Origin: a virus
Lineage: Duplodnaviria > Caudoviricetes
IMG/VR virus record: IMGVR_UViG_3300012346_000093
Coordinates: 1 to 37,163 of that record
Reading direction: 5' to 3' (one strand)
DNA length: 37,163 nucleotides
Shown: in pieces, positions 8,876 through 18,380 of the stretch
Layout of the letters: every line of letters begins with the position of its first letter
Position numbering within the stretch: position 1 is the first letter of the stretch
Notes under the pieces: model-generated
What the model was told of the DNA's origin: nothing
Seen by the model: the letters and a program-made list of their open reading frames with translations, nothing else
Databases searched by the model: none
Made by a program: the position numbers and the translations under genes

Positions 8876-10156
8876 TTAGGCTTGGTTGAACAGCAAGATG
8901 CCGGACATCTCGGGCTGCTTGTTGACCACGCCGAACAGGGTGTCCAAGCGGTACTTGATGGTCATGGTGTCGATGTCGTAGAACTTCTGCATGACCAACT
9001 CGATGCCTTGGTCGGTGGTGGCACGCATCACGGCTGTGCCAGCATCGGAAGGAACGGCGTAGCGACCGGGCAAGATTTCCAGCGCGTCACGCTGCCAGAA
9101 CACGTTGATGTTCGAGGCGGCGATGTTGAGCCAGTTGATGTTGGCGGTTGCCGACTCAGAGACCACTTCCACGTTCTTGTATTGCAGCTCGGCATCGGTG
9201 GGCGAGCTGGTCGCGCCGATGATGGGAGGGCTGATCACCAAGGTTGTGCCACCGGATGGGACGCTGATGACGCGGAACGTCTTCAGCTGGCCTGTGGATT
9301 GCTTGGTGATGTGGTGCACGGCTTGGATGCCGTCGATGGTGAAGCAGTCGCCTGCAACCACGCCGACCGAGTTGGACACGGTGACGGTCTGGTAGCGGTT
9401 GTCCACGTTGATCTGGCCGCCCACGGATGTGGAGGTGGCCTGGGGCACGTAGTCAACTTGCGAGCCGTTGGTGGCGATGGTCGTAGTGCCGCCGCCTGCT
9501 GCTGCGATGCGGTTGGCATAGTCGAACTTGTAGGTGTCGAAGCCTGCGACCATGCCAACGAAGCTGCGCTCATAGGCACGATCCGACTTGGCATTGCCAA
9601 AAGAACGGCTGGCTTGCGACAAGTTACTGGCCAAGCCGTTGTAGTCGCGGCTGGACAGACCCAAGAAGCGGTCATAGTCTGGAACGCCTTGTTCGTTCAT
9701 CAAGCTGTCGCACAAGGCCACATCGTCATAGTCGCCGGAGGCGGTGGAGACGGGAACGACCAGCGTGCCTTGGGCGGCTGCGGTGTTCATGATCGCCACG
9801 TTGATGTCGGATGCCAGTTTTTGCTTGGCGCTGTCACCCAAGCGGCCTTCTTGCAGGGCATCGCGCAGATCCAAGGTGGTCATGGTCCATGGGACGGTCT
9901 TGCTGAAGCCCAATGTCGAGGGAACCGACAACTGGGTCATGTTTTGGTAGCTGCTGGAGATGCTGGAGCCTGGGGTGCTGTTGATCGACTGAGCGATGTA
10001 GGGCATTGGACGCCAGATGGTGTTGTTGGCACGCTCCATCATGGTCTGGTCTGTGTTGTAGACCGAGACGTTGCGGCTCAGGACCAAGAGGTCTTGGAAG
10101 CCTTCGAGGATGTCTTCAAACGCAACGCGTTCTTCTTTGGAAAATGCATTAGACAT
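8876..10156 (-). CDS. Major capsid protein, P22 coat family
   Basis: 426 aa; MSNAFSKEE.V.FE, IWRP.PYI, C-terminal YRLDTLFGV..KQPE; SD AAGGA; followed by a terminator. Confidence 0.93.
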   Translation of the reverse strand: MSNAFSKEERVAFEDILEGFQDLLVLSRNVSVYNTDQTMMERANNTIWRPMPYIAQSINSTPGSSISSSYQNMTQLSVPSTLGFSKTVPWTMTTLDLRDALQEGRLGDSAKQKLASDINVAIMNTAAAQGTLVVPVSTASGDYDDVALCDSLMNEQGVPDYDRFLGLSSRDYNGLASNLSQASRSFGNAKSDRAYERSFVGMVAGFDTYKFDYANRIAAAGGGTTTIATNGSQVDYVPQATSTSVGGQINVDNRYQTVTVSNSVGVVAGDCFTIDGIQAVHHITKQSTGQLKTFRVISVPSGGTTLVISPPIIGATSSPTDAELQYKNVEVVSESATANINWLNIAASNINVFWQRDALEILPGRYAVPSDAGTAVMRATTDQGIELVMQKFYDIDTMTIKYRLDTLFGVVNKQPEMSGILLFNQA

Positions 10157-10176
10157 GGTGTGTCCTTAAAAAATGG

Positions 10177-11046
10177 TCATTTGGTGCTGCGCTTTTGGGC
10201 CTTGTACTGGATGACTTTCGTCATGTTGCCAGTACGGGCGGCTTCTTCGCGCAGCCGTTCGAGGGTTGAGTCCACCGCACCGGAGGATCGGCCTGTGCCG
10301 GATACGACTCGTTCGGGCGGTGGGGCTGCTTTGCGGTTGGTCACTTTCAAGTCTTTCTCCAGTTTCGCTACCGCAAAAGCAAACTTTACGGGGTCTTTGA
10401 TGTCGGCCAGCTCTTTTGCCTTCTTGGGGTTCTTGCCGAGTGCGTAAACGACAAGGGCGGGGTTGTCCGCGCCTTGCAACATCACGCCTTGCTGGGTGAC
10501 ATTGAACAACTCCTGGGCCACGGCCTCGGCGTCTTCAAAGTCTTTGACTCGCAGTTCGGCTTTCGCCTTGCCGTAGCCTTCTAGCTTGGCTTGCCAGGCT
10601 TTTTGCTGAGTCATAACTTCAGCTTCTTGCCGGGCGTTGGCTTCGTCGGCTTGTCGCTTGCGCTCAAACCAATTGGCCAGTGCTGTCTCGAATTGATCGG
10701 CGTCATAGTCGAAATCTTCGAGCTTTGGCTTGGTTCCCAACACGACTGGCTTGGTCTCGGTCGATGTGGTCTGGAGCTTGCTCTGAAGTTCTCGGTTCTG
10801 GCGCTGAAGTTCTCGATTCGTTTTGCGCAACTCGCGGACCCATTCGGGCGCGTGTGCTGGTTGTTCTTCGGGAGGTGGCGCTTCCTCACCAATGGACACG
10901 ATCACATCGTCGGTGTCGCCTTCGTCTTCGGTGGCTTGGTCCTGTTCGCCTTCGGCTTGCGCTTGGGGCTGCTGGGTGTCTTCGCCTTCGAGGACGATGG
11001 TGTCATCGTCGGTGTTCTCGATCTCCTGATCTGCCTTTTGATTCAT
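10177..11046 (-). CDS. Scaffolding protein
   Basis: Acidic N-terminus, coiled coil and basic C-terminus; lies between portal and coat. Confidence 0.85.
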   Translation of the reverse strand: MNQKADQEIENTDDDTIVLEGEDTQQPQAQAEGEQDQATEDEGDTDDVIVSIGEEAPPPEEQPAHAPEWVRELRKTNRELQRQNRELQSKLQTTSTETKPVVLGTKPKLEDFDYDADQFETALANWFERKRQADEANARQEAEVMTQQKAWQAKLEGYGKAKAELRVKDFEDAEAVAQELFNVTQQGVMLQGADNPALVVYALGKNPKKAKELADIKDPVKFAFAVAKLEKDLKVTNRKAAPPPERVVSGTGRSSGAVDSTLERLREEAARTGNMTKVIQYKAQKRSTK

Positions 11047-11107
11047 CTTTGACCCTGTGCAACTCACCCATTAAAACGGCTGGGCGGGGACCGTATGTGT
11101 GCAATTG

Positions 11108-13180
11108 TCACCCAATTGTGGGCTGACTGACAACTGGCTGTGTTTGTTGCTGAACAATGCCGCCGATTTGCTCGGCCAAATTCAGGGCGTGGTCTTGAGA
11201 ATCCATGTCCACGTTGCTGAGTGTTTCCACGGTCTTGGCCCGGCTGAGTTCGGCGTCTGCGATGGTCTTGACAGTGTTGGCACGGGCCTGGGCGGCTTTG
11301 GCTGTGGCTTCTTCGGCTGCGGCTTGCAGGTAGACGGCGTTGGGGTCTTGTGGCTTGCCTTGCAGCTCGGTCATCATCTCCTGTGCCTCGTCATCGGTGG
11401 GCTTGATCACGCCCATGCGGAGCAGCTTCTTGCGGAAGTAGGCGTTGATGTCGCTGAGGCCTTCGCCTTCCATGTTCATCATGGCAGCGGCTGTGAGCAC
11501 TTGGGCGGTGTCTGGGTCGGTGGTCATTTGCAACATGCCAGTGATGGAGCGCACGGTGGCGTCGCGGCGGCTGGTGCTGGATGGGCCGACCTCGGACACC
11601 ACGTCAAAGGTGGCGCTGGACAGGTCGTTTTCCATGACCATCGCGCCGGTTTCTTGGTCGATGGCAGGCTGCATGAGTTGGACCATGCCGGACTGGCCGT
11701 CTTGGGCGATGGTCTTCATCTTGCGCTTGTCCTCGATGTAGATGTCCTTGGCCATGGATAGCCAGATCTCGCCGCATCGTTTCATGCCCTTGGCAAAGTT
11801 GCTCATGTAAATAAAGGCCTGGCCATCGAGGCGAGACTGGATCATCTCGACGGCTTTGCCCGAGATGTTGCTGACCATCTTGTCGGCCCCGGCTTGGTTG
11901 CCGAGGATGTCTTGCATGTCGGTTTCTGTGATCTGCAAGAGCGCGGCCATGGCCGGGGGGATGTTGGGGGCGCGGGTGTAGGCCACCGGGCCAGATACGG
12001 CCTGGTTGCCGTTTTGGTCGGTGATCGGGTTGATGAGCAAATACGGGTAGTCCTTGAGGTTGTCCTCTGACCACATCACTTGGTGGCCGGCCACTTGCTC
12101 GGGGGTCAGGATGGGCTTTTCCACACTGGACAGGGCGCTGATCTCGCCCAGCTTGGACAACTGCATGTTCTTGAGGCGCTGGGCGTCTTTGGCCAGGCGC
12201 ACATGACCCATGCAACGCTCGACGTTATCCACAAACCAGCGCTTGCCGTAGACCACGACGATGGGGATGCACTTGCCCGCGATGTACCCGGCGTCTTCCA
12301 AGATGCGGCCACCGGACATGATGTACTTGCGAACTCGCTTGCGCTTGACCCGCTTTTGGCGCACCTCGACCGTGCCGATGGCTGCCAGAGTTTCTTCGAG
12401 GGTCTCGTCTGCGTCGAAGTCGGCTTGGGTGTAGCGTTCCTCGGTGCCGTCGATGGCTTGGAAGATCCGGACGTTCTCGGTCTTTTCCTCGACCTTGTAG
12501 TACTCGGCAACGTAGACCACATCGGGGGTGCACCAGTCGAACTCGTACTGGTGGATGATTTTGGGCCAGTCGGTGGGGTTGTCGCCCCAGGTGTCTTTGT
12601 AGGCCTGGCGGGTCATGCTGGTGACGACGAAGCAGAACTTGGCGTCTGACTTGTCCTGGCGCTTGGCCCCGAGGTCAAAGAAGACCGAGCTGTCGGCGTC
12701 GAAGATGGGCTCGATGCGGATGCGCTGGCGGTCATCCTCGTCGTTTTCCTCGTCCTCGTAGACGGTGCGCAAACGCCACGCTCCAATGCCGCCGCCGACT
12801 GCTTCCTCGAATGCGTTGTCGTAGGCCTCATCGGCCACAGATGCTTGTTCGTCTGCGCGGTAGAGGCCATCGCAGACATCGGCCAGCTTGTCGTTTTCTT
12901 GGCCGTCCTTGCTCACAAAGTCCACGGTGATGCGGTTGTTTCGGTACTCATTGACCACCCGGATGACGGACAACATGATCTTGTTGACCTCAAACTTGGG
13001 CTTGTTCTCGTACTGGTCCCAAAGTGGGCCTTCCCACTGAGCGCCGGAGAGGCTGTAAAAGCGCCGGTCTTGGAGGCATTGCAAGCGTTCGTCGCGCAGG
13101 GCTGACTGAACGTCATCAAACTGCGTGAGGGCTTCGGTGTGCAGATTTGCCAGGCGTTGGTCGTTGGAGAGTCGGGCCAT
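11108..13180 (-). CDS. Portal protein, P22 gp1-like
   Basis: ~690 aa; D.RF..L.GAQW, AFEEAVGGGIGAWR, IPIVVVYG, G.VRLAKDAQRL.N, GPS..SRRDATV; SD AAGGA. Confidence 0.95.
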   Translation of the reverse strand: MARLSNDQRLANLHTEALTQFDDVQSALRDERLQCLQDRRFYSLSGAQWEGPLWDQYENKPKFEVNKIMLSVIRVVNEYRNNRITVDFVSKDGQENDKLADVCDGLYRADEQASVADEAYDNAFEEAVGGGIGAWRLRTVYEDEENDEDDRQRIRIEPIFDADSSVFFDLGAKRQDKSDAKFCFVVTSMTRQAYKDTWGDNPTDWPKIIHQYEFDWCTPDVVYVAEYYKVEEKTENVRIFQAIDGTEERYTQADFDADETLEETLAAIGTVEVRQKRVKRKRVRKYIMSGGRILEDAGYIAGKCIPIVVVYGKRWFVDNVERCMGHVRLAKDAQRLKNMQLSKLGEISALSSVEKPILTPEQVAGHQVMWSEDNLKDYPYLLINPITDQNGNQAVSGPVAYTRAPNIPPAMAALLQITETDMQDILGNQAGADKMVSNISGKAVEMIQSRLDGQAFIYMSNFAKGMKRCGEIWLSMAKDIYIEDKRKMKTIAQDGQSGMVQLMQPAIDQETGAMVMENDLSSATFDVVSEVGPSSTSRRDATVRSITGMLQMTTDPDTAQVLTAAAMMNMEGEGLSDINAYFRKKLLRMGVIKPTDDEAQEMMTELQGKPQDPNAVYLQAAAEEATAKAAQARANTVKTIADAELSRAKTVETLSNVDMDSQDHALNLAEQIGGIVQQQTQPVVSQPTIG

Positions 13181-13212
13181 GGTCGGGTGTCCTTGTGAAT
13201 TGTGCGATTGTC

Positions 13213-14436
13213 TCACCAGCGGTGCGCTGTGGGCAATGGCGTAAATGAGGCGGGTTTGGCTGCACCTGCACGGCGCACGCCCTCGCAGGCGTAGCGCAGG
13301 GCGTCGATGACGTGGTTCTTCTTGTCCTCAAGCACGGGCAGGACTTTGCCTGTGAGGGTGTCGGTCTTGTAGCTGTACAGGGTCAGCTCGTCGATGGTGT
13401 GGGTGCAGCGCGGGTGAACAATGATGTCGTAGTTCTTCAGAAACTCGATGCCTTCCTCGACCGACTTTGGGCCTTTGACGGCTGTCATGATCTTTGGAAA
13501 TCCGTTGCGCTTCATGTGGGAGATCGTTTCTGGCCTGGCTGAGTCGGCCACGATGGGCCACTTCTCGGACTCGGGCACGGTCATGAACAGGTCGGGCGTG
13601 TTGACGATCTCGCAGCCGACCATGTAGGCCTCGTAGTCGATGTAGAGGTTGCGGCCAATGATGTGGCAGCGCACCAGCGTGGTGGGGTCAACGGCAAAGC
13701 CCCAGTCAGCGCCGAGGCGATGGATGGCGTCAGGCGGTGCTTCGAACTCATCGACGCGCCAGTTTTTGAACACGCGGGTGTTGCTGTTTGTGAGGTAGCC
13801 GCCCATCCAGACATGCTGGTACTTGTCCGGGTCACGGCGCAAGTCGTATTCCATTTCGTCGCGCAGGACGCTTGGAAACCACGGGTTGTCGGTGAAGTTG
13901 ACCTTCAAGACCTGAGCATCTTTGGGGGGCGTTGGGCCGCGCAGCAAGAAGTCCACGGGGTCGGAATGCTGGCGCGGGTTCCATGTGAACCACAGTTCAC
14001 TGTCAGGCTTGCGAATGGTGGGGCGCAAGAGGTCGAGGCTGGTCTGGCTCAGGCTTTGGGCTTCTTCGACCCACGCGCAGTCGTAGCCTTCCAGCGACTT
14101 GATCGAGTCGGCGGTGTGGTTCTGCATGCCTTGAAAGATGATCATCCCATCGGCCTTGCGGGACTTGATGACGGCATCTTGCACCTCAAAGTAAGCTCCG
14201 GCATTCATGCTTTCGATCTTGGTTTCCAGCAGGCGCTTGACGGACTGGTTGAGAGACTTCTGAATCTCGCGCACGCAGACGCTTCTGCGCTTCTGGTCCA
14301 TGATGTGCGACTCAATCATCAGCTCGGCAAACATGTGAGACTTGCCGGAGCCGCGGCCACCCCATGCGCCTTTGTAGCGGCTGGGGTTGAGCAGGGGCAG
14401 CGCCCACTCGGGGGTGGGGAGTTGCAAGACGCTCAT
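13213..14436 (-). CDS. terL: Terminase large subunit (PBSX-like family)
   Basis: Walker A GGRGSGKS, CVRE, Walker B WVEEA, TWNP; nuclease motifs GADWGF..DP, ADSA and NH.IDALRY. Confidence 0.97.
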   Translation of the reverse strand: MSVLQLPTPEWALPLLNPSRYKGAWGGRGSGKSHMFAELMIESHIMDQKRRSVCVREIQKSLNQSVKRLLETKIESMNAGAYFEVQDAVIKSRKADGMIIFQGMQNHTADSIKSLEGYDCAWVEEAQSLSQTSLDLLRPTIRKPDSELWFTWNPRQHSDPVDFLLRGPTPPKDAQVLKVNFTDNPWFPSVLRDEMEYDLRRDPDKYQHVWMGGYLTNSNTRVFKNWRVDEFEAPPDAIHRLGADWGFAVDPTTLVRCHIIGRNLYIDYEAYMVGCEIVNTPDLFMTVPESEKWPIVADSARPETISHMKRNGFPKIMTAVKGPKSVEEGIEFLKNYDIIVHPRCTHTIDELTLYSYKTDTLTGKVLPVLEDKKNHVIDALRYACEGVRRAGAAKPASFTPLPTAHRW

Positions 14437-14912
14437 AGGCCAGCCCACGGGCTTGAAAACTGCTTCCAGCAATGATTCAACCGGATGCGGCTGATGTGCT
14501 TTTCGTCCACGTTGAACTTCTTGGCCATGGCGCGGCCTGTTTCTTCACTGGTCCTAATCTCCTGCACGGCATCTGACGTGAGCTTGGCATATTTCGCGCG
14601 TTTGGTGGCCGCGATCTTGGCGCTTCGCACAGGTCCAGACATGATGCCAAGCGAGCCAAGGTGTTTGGCCAAGCGTTGGTATGTGGTCAACTGCATGTGA
14701 TCTGGGTGCACGCAGCCAGTCGTCTCGCAGGTCATGCGGATGATCTTGCCTGGTTCAATGTCGCCATGCAAGTCCTGCCAAATGGCGCGGCGCACCAACA
14801 CGGTTTTTCCATCTTGGCGCATTGCCGGATGACCGTTGCAGCATGAAAACCGCCATACTGCGCACCCTGCATCGTCACGGGTGCGGTGTTGAATGTCGGT
14901 GAAAAGGCTCAT
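14433..14912 (-). CDS. Degenerate HNH-like (zinc-binding-loop) protein with C-terminal HTH
   Basis: GCAVW...VRRAIW...G....IRMTCETTGCVHPDHM, then AKLT...V.EIR...MAKKFNV....ISRIR. Confidence 0.7.
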   Translation of the reverse strand: MSLFTDIQHRTRDDAGCAVWRFSCCNGHPAMRQDGKTVLVRRAIWQDLHGDIEPGKIIRMTCETTGCVHPDHMQLTTYQRLAKHLGSLGIMSGPVRSAKIAATKRAKYAKLTSDAVQEIRTSEETGRAMAKKFNVDEKHISRIRLNHCWKQFSSPWAGL

Positions 14913-15244
14913 GATTTTTTCGCTCTTGGCTTTTTTGCATAGGGCTCAACGCCATGGTGCGCCATGATGTTGATGTGCGGTGCGTGGTCGCGTGCAAGCG
15001 CAATCGGCGGCACAAGCCCGCCTGACGCAGCATAAACAACCGCCTCAGCCGCCAGCTTGGTTTGAAACAAAATGCGCTCTAGTCTGATGCGCTCGTTTTC
15101 CTCTGTCTCGCGTTCTTCCTGAGCTTCGGCCAATGCCGCTTCAAGCGATTGAATGTGCAGCACTGACCATTGCAGCAAGCTGCTAAGGTCTGTGCCTTGG
15201 TGATGCTGTGCCTCGGCTGTCAATTTTGTAATCAGCTCGCTCAT
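14909..15244 (-). CDS. Hypothetical coiled-coil protein
   Basis: ATGA-coupled on both sides. Confidence 0.7.
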   Translation of the reverse strand: MSELITKLTAEAQHHQGTDLSSLLQWSVLHIQSLEAALAEAQEERETEENERIRLERILFQTKLAAEAVVYAASGGLVPPIALARDHAPHINIMAHHGVEPYAKKPRAKKS

Positions 15245-15690
15245 GCCTTCACCACCACACGCTCAATCCGCTGCACCAACGGGTTGGCCGGGTCGCCCGA
15301 CACTTCGATCTTGTCGCCGTACTTCTTGGGGGCCAGCTTGGACAACAGCCATTTGCGGGTGTCCACTTGCAGTTTGTGCTTTTGCACCGCTGCCCAGTCT
15401 TTTTTGCCATCTGGCAGCATTCCTACATCGGCATCGCTCAAATCCATCACATCATTTGCGATGCGTTCAATCAGATCTTCCCTCGCGTGTGCGTAACTGT
15501 CACGCAACGATTCGTCCTCGCTCACCCACTTGAGAAACGTACTGTGTGAAATCCCTGCTTGTTGGCACGCCTTAAAAGCACTCAAGCCACTGCGCATCCC
15601 TTGCAGCACCAATGCACTGACCTTGGCCCGGTCTTCACTGCCTGGCTTTGTGGGCTTTGCTGCTTTCGTTTTGTGTGTTTTTGTGGTCAT
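15241..15690 (-). CDS. terS: Terminase small subunit (Sf6 gp1-like)
   Basis: N-terminal HTH, Y..ARE, KLQVDTRKWLLSKLAPKKYGDK. Confidence 0.9.
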   Translation of the reverse strand: MTTKTHKTKAAKPTKPGSEDRAKVSALVLQGMRSGLSAFKACQQAGISHSTFLKWVSEDESLRDSYAHAREDLIERIANDVMDLSDADVGMLPDGKKDWAAVQKHKLQVDTRKWLLSKLAPKKYGDKIEVSGDPANPLVQRIERVVVKA

Positions 15691-15977
15691 GGTTGATTGT
15701 CCTCTTTTTCCAGTCGGTTCGCTACCAAGGTGGCGTAGCCTGCGATGTCGATCCAGTTGTCGGCATAGTTCGGATCACCGTTCAAAATTCGTGCGATTTT
15801 GTGGGCGATCATCTCAAGGGCTTCGCGCTGGTCTGGATCTAGATCACATCCGCGCTTGGCTTCGTATGTCCGTATCACGTTCTGAAGTTGTTGGCTGATC
15901 TCGGCATGGCCTTCAAAGCTGCCGTATCTGGCCTCACGGCTTGCGAGCATTTCGTTGACGTTGGTTTGTTCTGTCAT
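15687..15977 (-). CDS. DUF6378-like protein
   Basis: R..RYGSF...MIAHKIARILNGDP.YADNWIDIAGYA.L. Confidence 0.8.
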   Translation of the reverse strand: MTEQTNVNEMLASREARYGSFEGHAEISQQLQNVIRTYEAKRGCDLDPDQREALEMIAHKIARILNGDPNYADNWIDIAGYATLVANRLEKEDNQP

Positions 15978-15998
15978 GTTAGTACCTGTTTACATTTC

Positions 15999-16007
15999 TG
16001 TGGATAA
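15999..16007 (-). promoter_or_regulatory. Perfect DnaA box (TTATCCACA)
   Basis: TGTGGATAA on the plus strand, in a non-coding gap beside the iteron cluster. Confidence 0.5.
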
Positions 16008-16034
16008 CTTTGCCTTTTTTCGCCGCATCCCGGT

Positions 16035-16144
16035 TGCCCCTTTCCCCTTCCCTATAAGGGGAAGGGGAGGGGAGGGGCATATTTCCGGGCTTTTGCCCCT
16101 TTTGCCCCTTTCACCCCTAGGGGCAGTGAGGGGCATTAGGGGCA
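16035..16144. repeat. Seven TGCCCCT/AGGGGCA heptamers plus a hairpin; candidate replication origin
   Basis: Copies at 16035, 16073, 16094, 16103, 16119, 16129 and 16138; 10-bp stem TCCCCTTCCC-TATAAG-GGGAAGGGGA. Confidence 0.75.
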
Positions 16145-18202
16145 AGATTTCCCCCCGTTCTTTTGCATCATCATGGCACTGACTTGGGCGTCATTGATGA
16201 AGATCCAACCATGCTCATGAGCTTCCAAAACCTCTGAATTGAGCATCTCCAAAATCAAAGAGCCTGGTCTTGAGGCCTCAGTTTTATTCCTGGCTGTGCG
16301 TTCTGTGGATCCGTTTTTGACCAAAAATTCTTTCAAAGCTGACCTGCTGATGTAGGGTAAACCATTCCGCATTTCTGCTTTGCTGTCCCACCATGATCGC
16401 TCAAGGGTACGCATGTTTTCGTCATGCTTAGTTGGTTTTTTGTGGGGATTTGTGGCAACAGCTTCTTCATCTGGAACAGCCACACAAGTGGTGGCCGAGC
16501 TGCCAAACTTGGTTGTTCCCATCTCAATGACTTCCAGCTTGAAATAGATCGTGTTGCCCTTGCTGGGCAGTTCGCGCTGTTTGGTGACGGTGACTGAGCG
16601 TATGCCTTCTTTCTCCACCACCTCGATCTCGGTGTCAATGTGGGCGCGGATGCCTGACCAGCCGCGAGCGCCTTTGGCTGCGTCTTTGCCGTTATGATGA
16701 ATTATCATGAGGGCCGCACCGGTGGCCGTGGCCACTTGGTCAAATCTGGCCATGACTGGCCCCATGTCCTCGCCGCTGTTTTCGTTGGCCCCTGCGCTCA
16801 TTCTGGCCAAGGTGTCGCCGATGATGAGGCGCACGCGCTGGCCTTTGATCTGCTCGATGGCCCGGACCAGCTCAATCACGTCATGGGCATCTTGGTCGCC
16901 GTTGTAGAAGTTCATGGGGACTGGCACCATGGCAAGGTTTGCCAAGTCACAGCCGTGGTATTTCTTGATGGCCTGCATCCTGGACCGAATGCTGCCAGGG
17001 GCTTCGCTGGCCAGATAGACCACCAAGCCTGGGTCTGTCCTGAGTCCATAGCAGTCTGAGCCTGTGGCGATGGCTGTGGCCACTGAGAGTGCCCAAAATG
17101 TCTTTCCCGAGTTGCTGTCCCCGTAGACCACGACCGAGCTGCCGATGGTCATGAGGCCTTCGACCAGTTCGTCTGGGGCTTCATATTCGCTGCCAAGCTG
17201 GTCGCCAAAGACCACCTTGAGCTTGTCCATGACCTCTGAGCCGGTCTGCTGAATCAGCAAGCCTGCCAGGTCGTGCCCTGCCTGTGCATAGTCGTTGGCG
17301 TCCATGCCTTCTATCGGAGTCAAGATGACTCTGGCCCCGTGCTTGGCACTGGCTTGGTCTGCATATTTTTGGCCAACGCCGTGCTTATCATGGTCCGCCA
17401 CGATAACGATGTCTTGAATTGCGCCGTACATCTCGCGCAGGCTGCCTGTGACCGGAACCAAACTGGATGCGCTGTAAGCCACAACGCATGGGCGGTTTGT
17501 TGTTTCATGGATGGTTGCCGCAGTTGCAAAGCCTTCGGCCACATAGAGCGTGCCCGGCTCGTCCATTGTTCCGACGATCCAAAATTTGCCGCCAGACTCA
17601 GCGCCCGTGTGGTATCTCTTTTCGCTTTTTCCATCTTGCAATGCGGCAATGTATTGCAGGCTGGAAAGCGTGCCGTCTTGATCATAAAGCGGAACAATGA
17701 GCCTTCCATCTCCAGTAATTCGTGCGCCGTGAGGGTTGATGCCTTTTCTGGCCAAGTAGGGGTGATCTGGAAGTGCTGCCTGAGCGCCGGTCCAAATCTT
17801 TTCCACCGTCTCGCTGGCCACTTGATGCTGGCGTTCCATGACTGCATCGCGCACGGCCCGTGCTTCTGCAACGCGCCGGACGTTGGCCATTTCTTCGCTG
17901 GCTGTGAGTTTGCGTCCAATGTCTGCACGCCAAACCTGATCCAAGCCAAGCCGCCAACAGCCAAATCTTCCAGAAGGAACTCCATCCGAATAGCCAATGT
18001 ACCAGCCTGATTTGTCATAACCTGCGGTGCCTTTGCTGCCGCTTTTAAAGCGGTGCATTTTCCCGTCAAGCTCAATCGGTTTGTCTGGCTCATTCAAACC
18101 AGCTTCCAAAATGGCGTTAAGCAGTTGCACCTCTGGCGGGTCAAGTCGCTTTTCTTGTGGCGGTGCCCATGGGCCGCCGAGGACGTTGGAGAGGTCAGCC
18201 AT
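16136..18202 (-). CDS. TOPRIM primase - RecA-like (AAA_25/RepA-type) helicase fusion
   Basis: HPYL.RKGI, SLQYI, VAEGFAT, ADHD, D.ND (TOPRIM); Walker A GDSNSGKT, Walker B IIGDTL, IIHH.GKD...GARG.S. Confidence 0.92.
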   Translation of the reverse strand: MADLSNVLGGPWAPPQEKRLDPPEVQLLNAILEAGLNEPDKPIELDGKMHRFKSGSKGTAGYDKSGWYIGYSDGVPSGRFGCWRLGLDQVWRADIGRKLTASEEMANVRRVAEARAVRDAVMERQHQVASETVEKIWTGAQAALPDHPYLARKGINPHGARITGDGRLIVPLYDQDGTLSSLQYIAALQDGKSEKRYHTGAESGGKFWIVGTMDEPGTLYVAEGFATAATIHETTNRPCVVAYSASSLVPVTGSLREMYGAIQDIVIVADHDKHGVGQKYADQASAKHGARVILTPIEGMDANDYAQAGHDLAGLLIQQTGSEVMDKLKVVFGDQLGSEYEAPDELVEGLMTIGSSVVVYGDSNSGKTFWALSVATAIATGSDCYGLRTDPGLVVYLASEAPGSIRSRMQAIKKYHGCDLANLAMVPVPMNFYNGDQDAHDVIELVRAIEQIKGQRVRLIIGDTLARMSAGANENSGEDMGPVMARFDQVATATGAALMIIHHNGKDAAKGARGWSGIRAHIDTEIEVVEKEGIRSVTVTKQRELPSKGNTIYFKLEVIEMGTTKFGSSATTCVAVPDEEAVATNPHKKPTKHDENMRTLERSWWDSKAEMRNGLPYISRSALKEFLVKNGSTERTARNKTEASRPGSLILEMLNSEVLEAHEHGWIFINDAQVSAMMMQKNGGKSCP

Positions 18203-18380
18203 GCGTCACCTTGCGGCTTTCCAGATAGTCTGAGAGAGCCTGCAAGACTTTGTGCGTGGGGTTTGCGTTCGGGTCATCGCGCACCTTGCGGATGGTGTTG
18301 TAGTGCACGCCGGTTGCCTCTGCCACCTTGACTGGCATTCGGTCTGAAAGTGCATTTCGTATCTGTTCGAGGGTCATCAT
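18195..18380 (-). CDS. Cro-like HTH transcriptional regulator
   Basis: 61 aa, VAEATGVHYNTIRK...NPT; SD AAGGA; first gene of the leftward unit. Confidence 0.85.
   Translation of the reverse strand: MMTLEQIRNALSDRMPVKVAEATGVHYNTIRKVRDDPNANPTHKVLQALSDYLESRKVTHG

Noticed and set aside
8882-10447. 521-aa plus-strand ORF opposite the coat gene; similarly 6295-7845, 13663-14475, 23985-24875 and 27477-28607
   Set aside because: Antisense shadows of strongly codon-biased real genes; no SD or recognisable motifs.
12225-12233. Second TTATCCACA DnaA-box match
   Set aside because: Inside the portal CDS (FVDN codons) and isolated; likely chance.
15694-15703. Fifth GACAAT upstream of terS
   Set aside because: Overlaps the SD (GAGGA) within the upstream CDS, so explained by translation signals.
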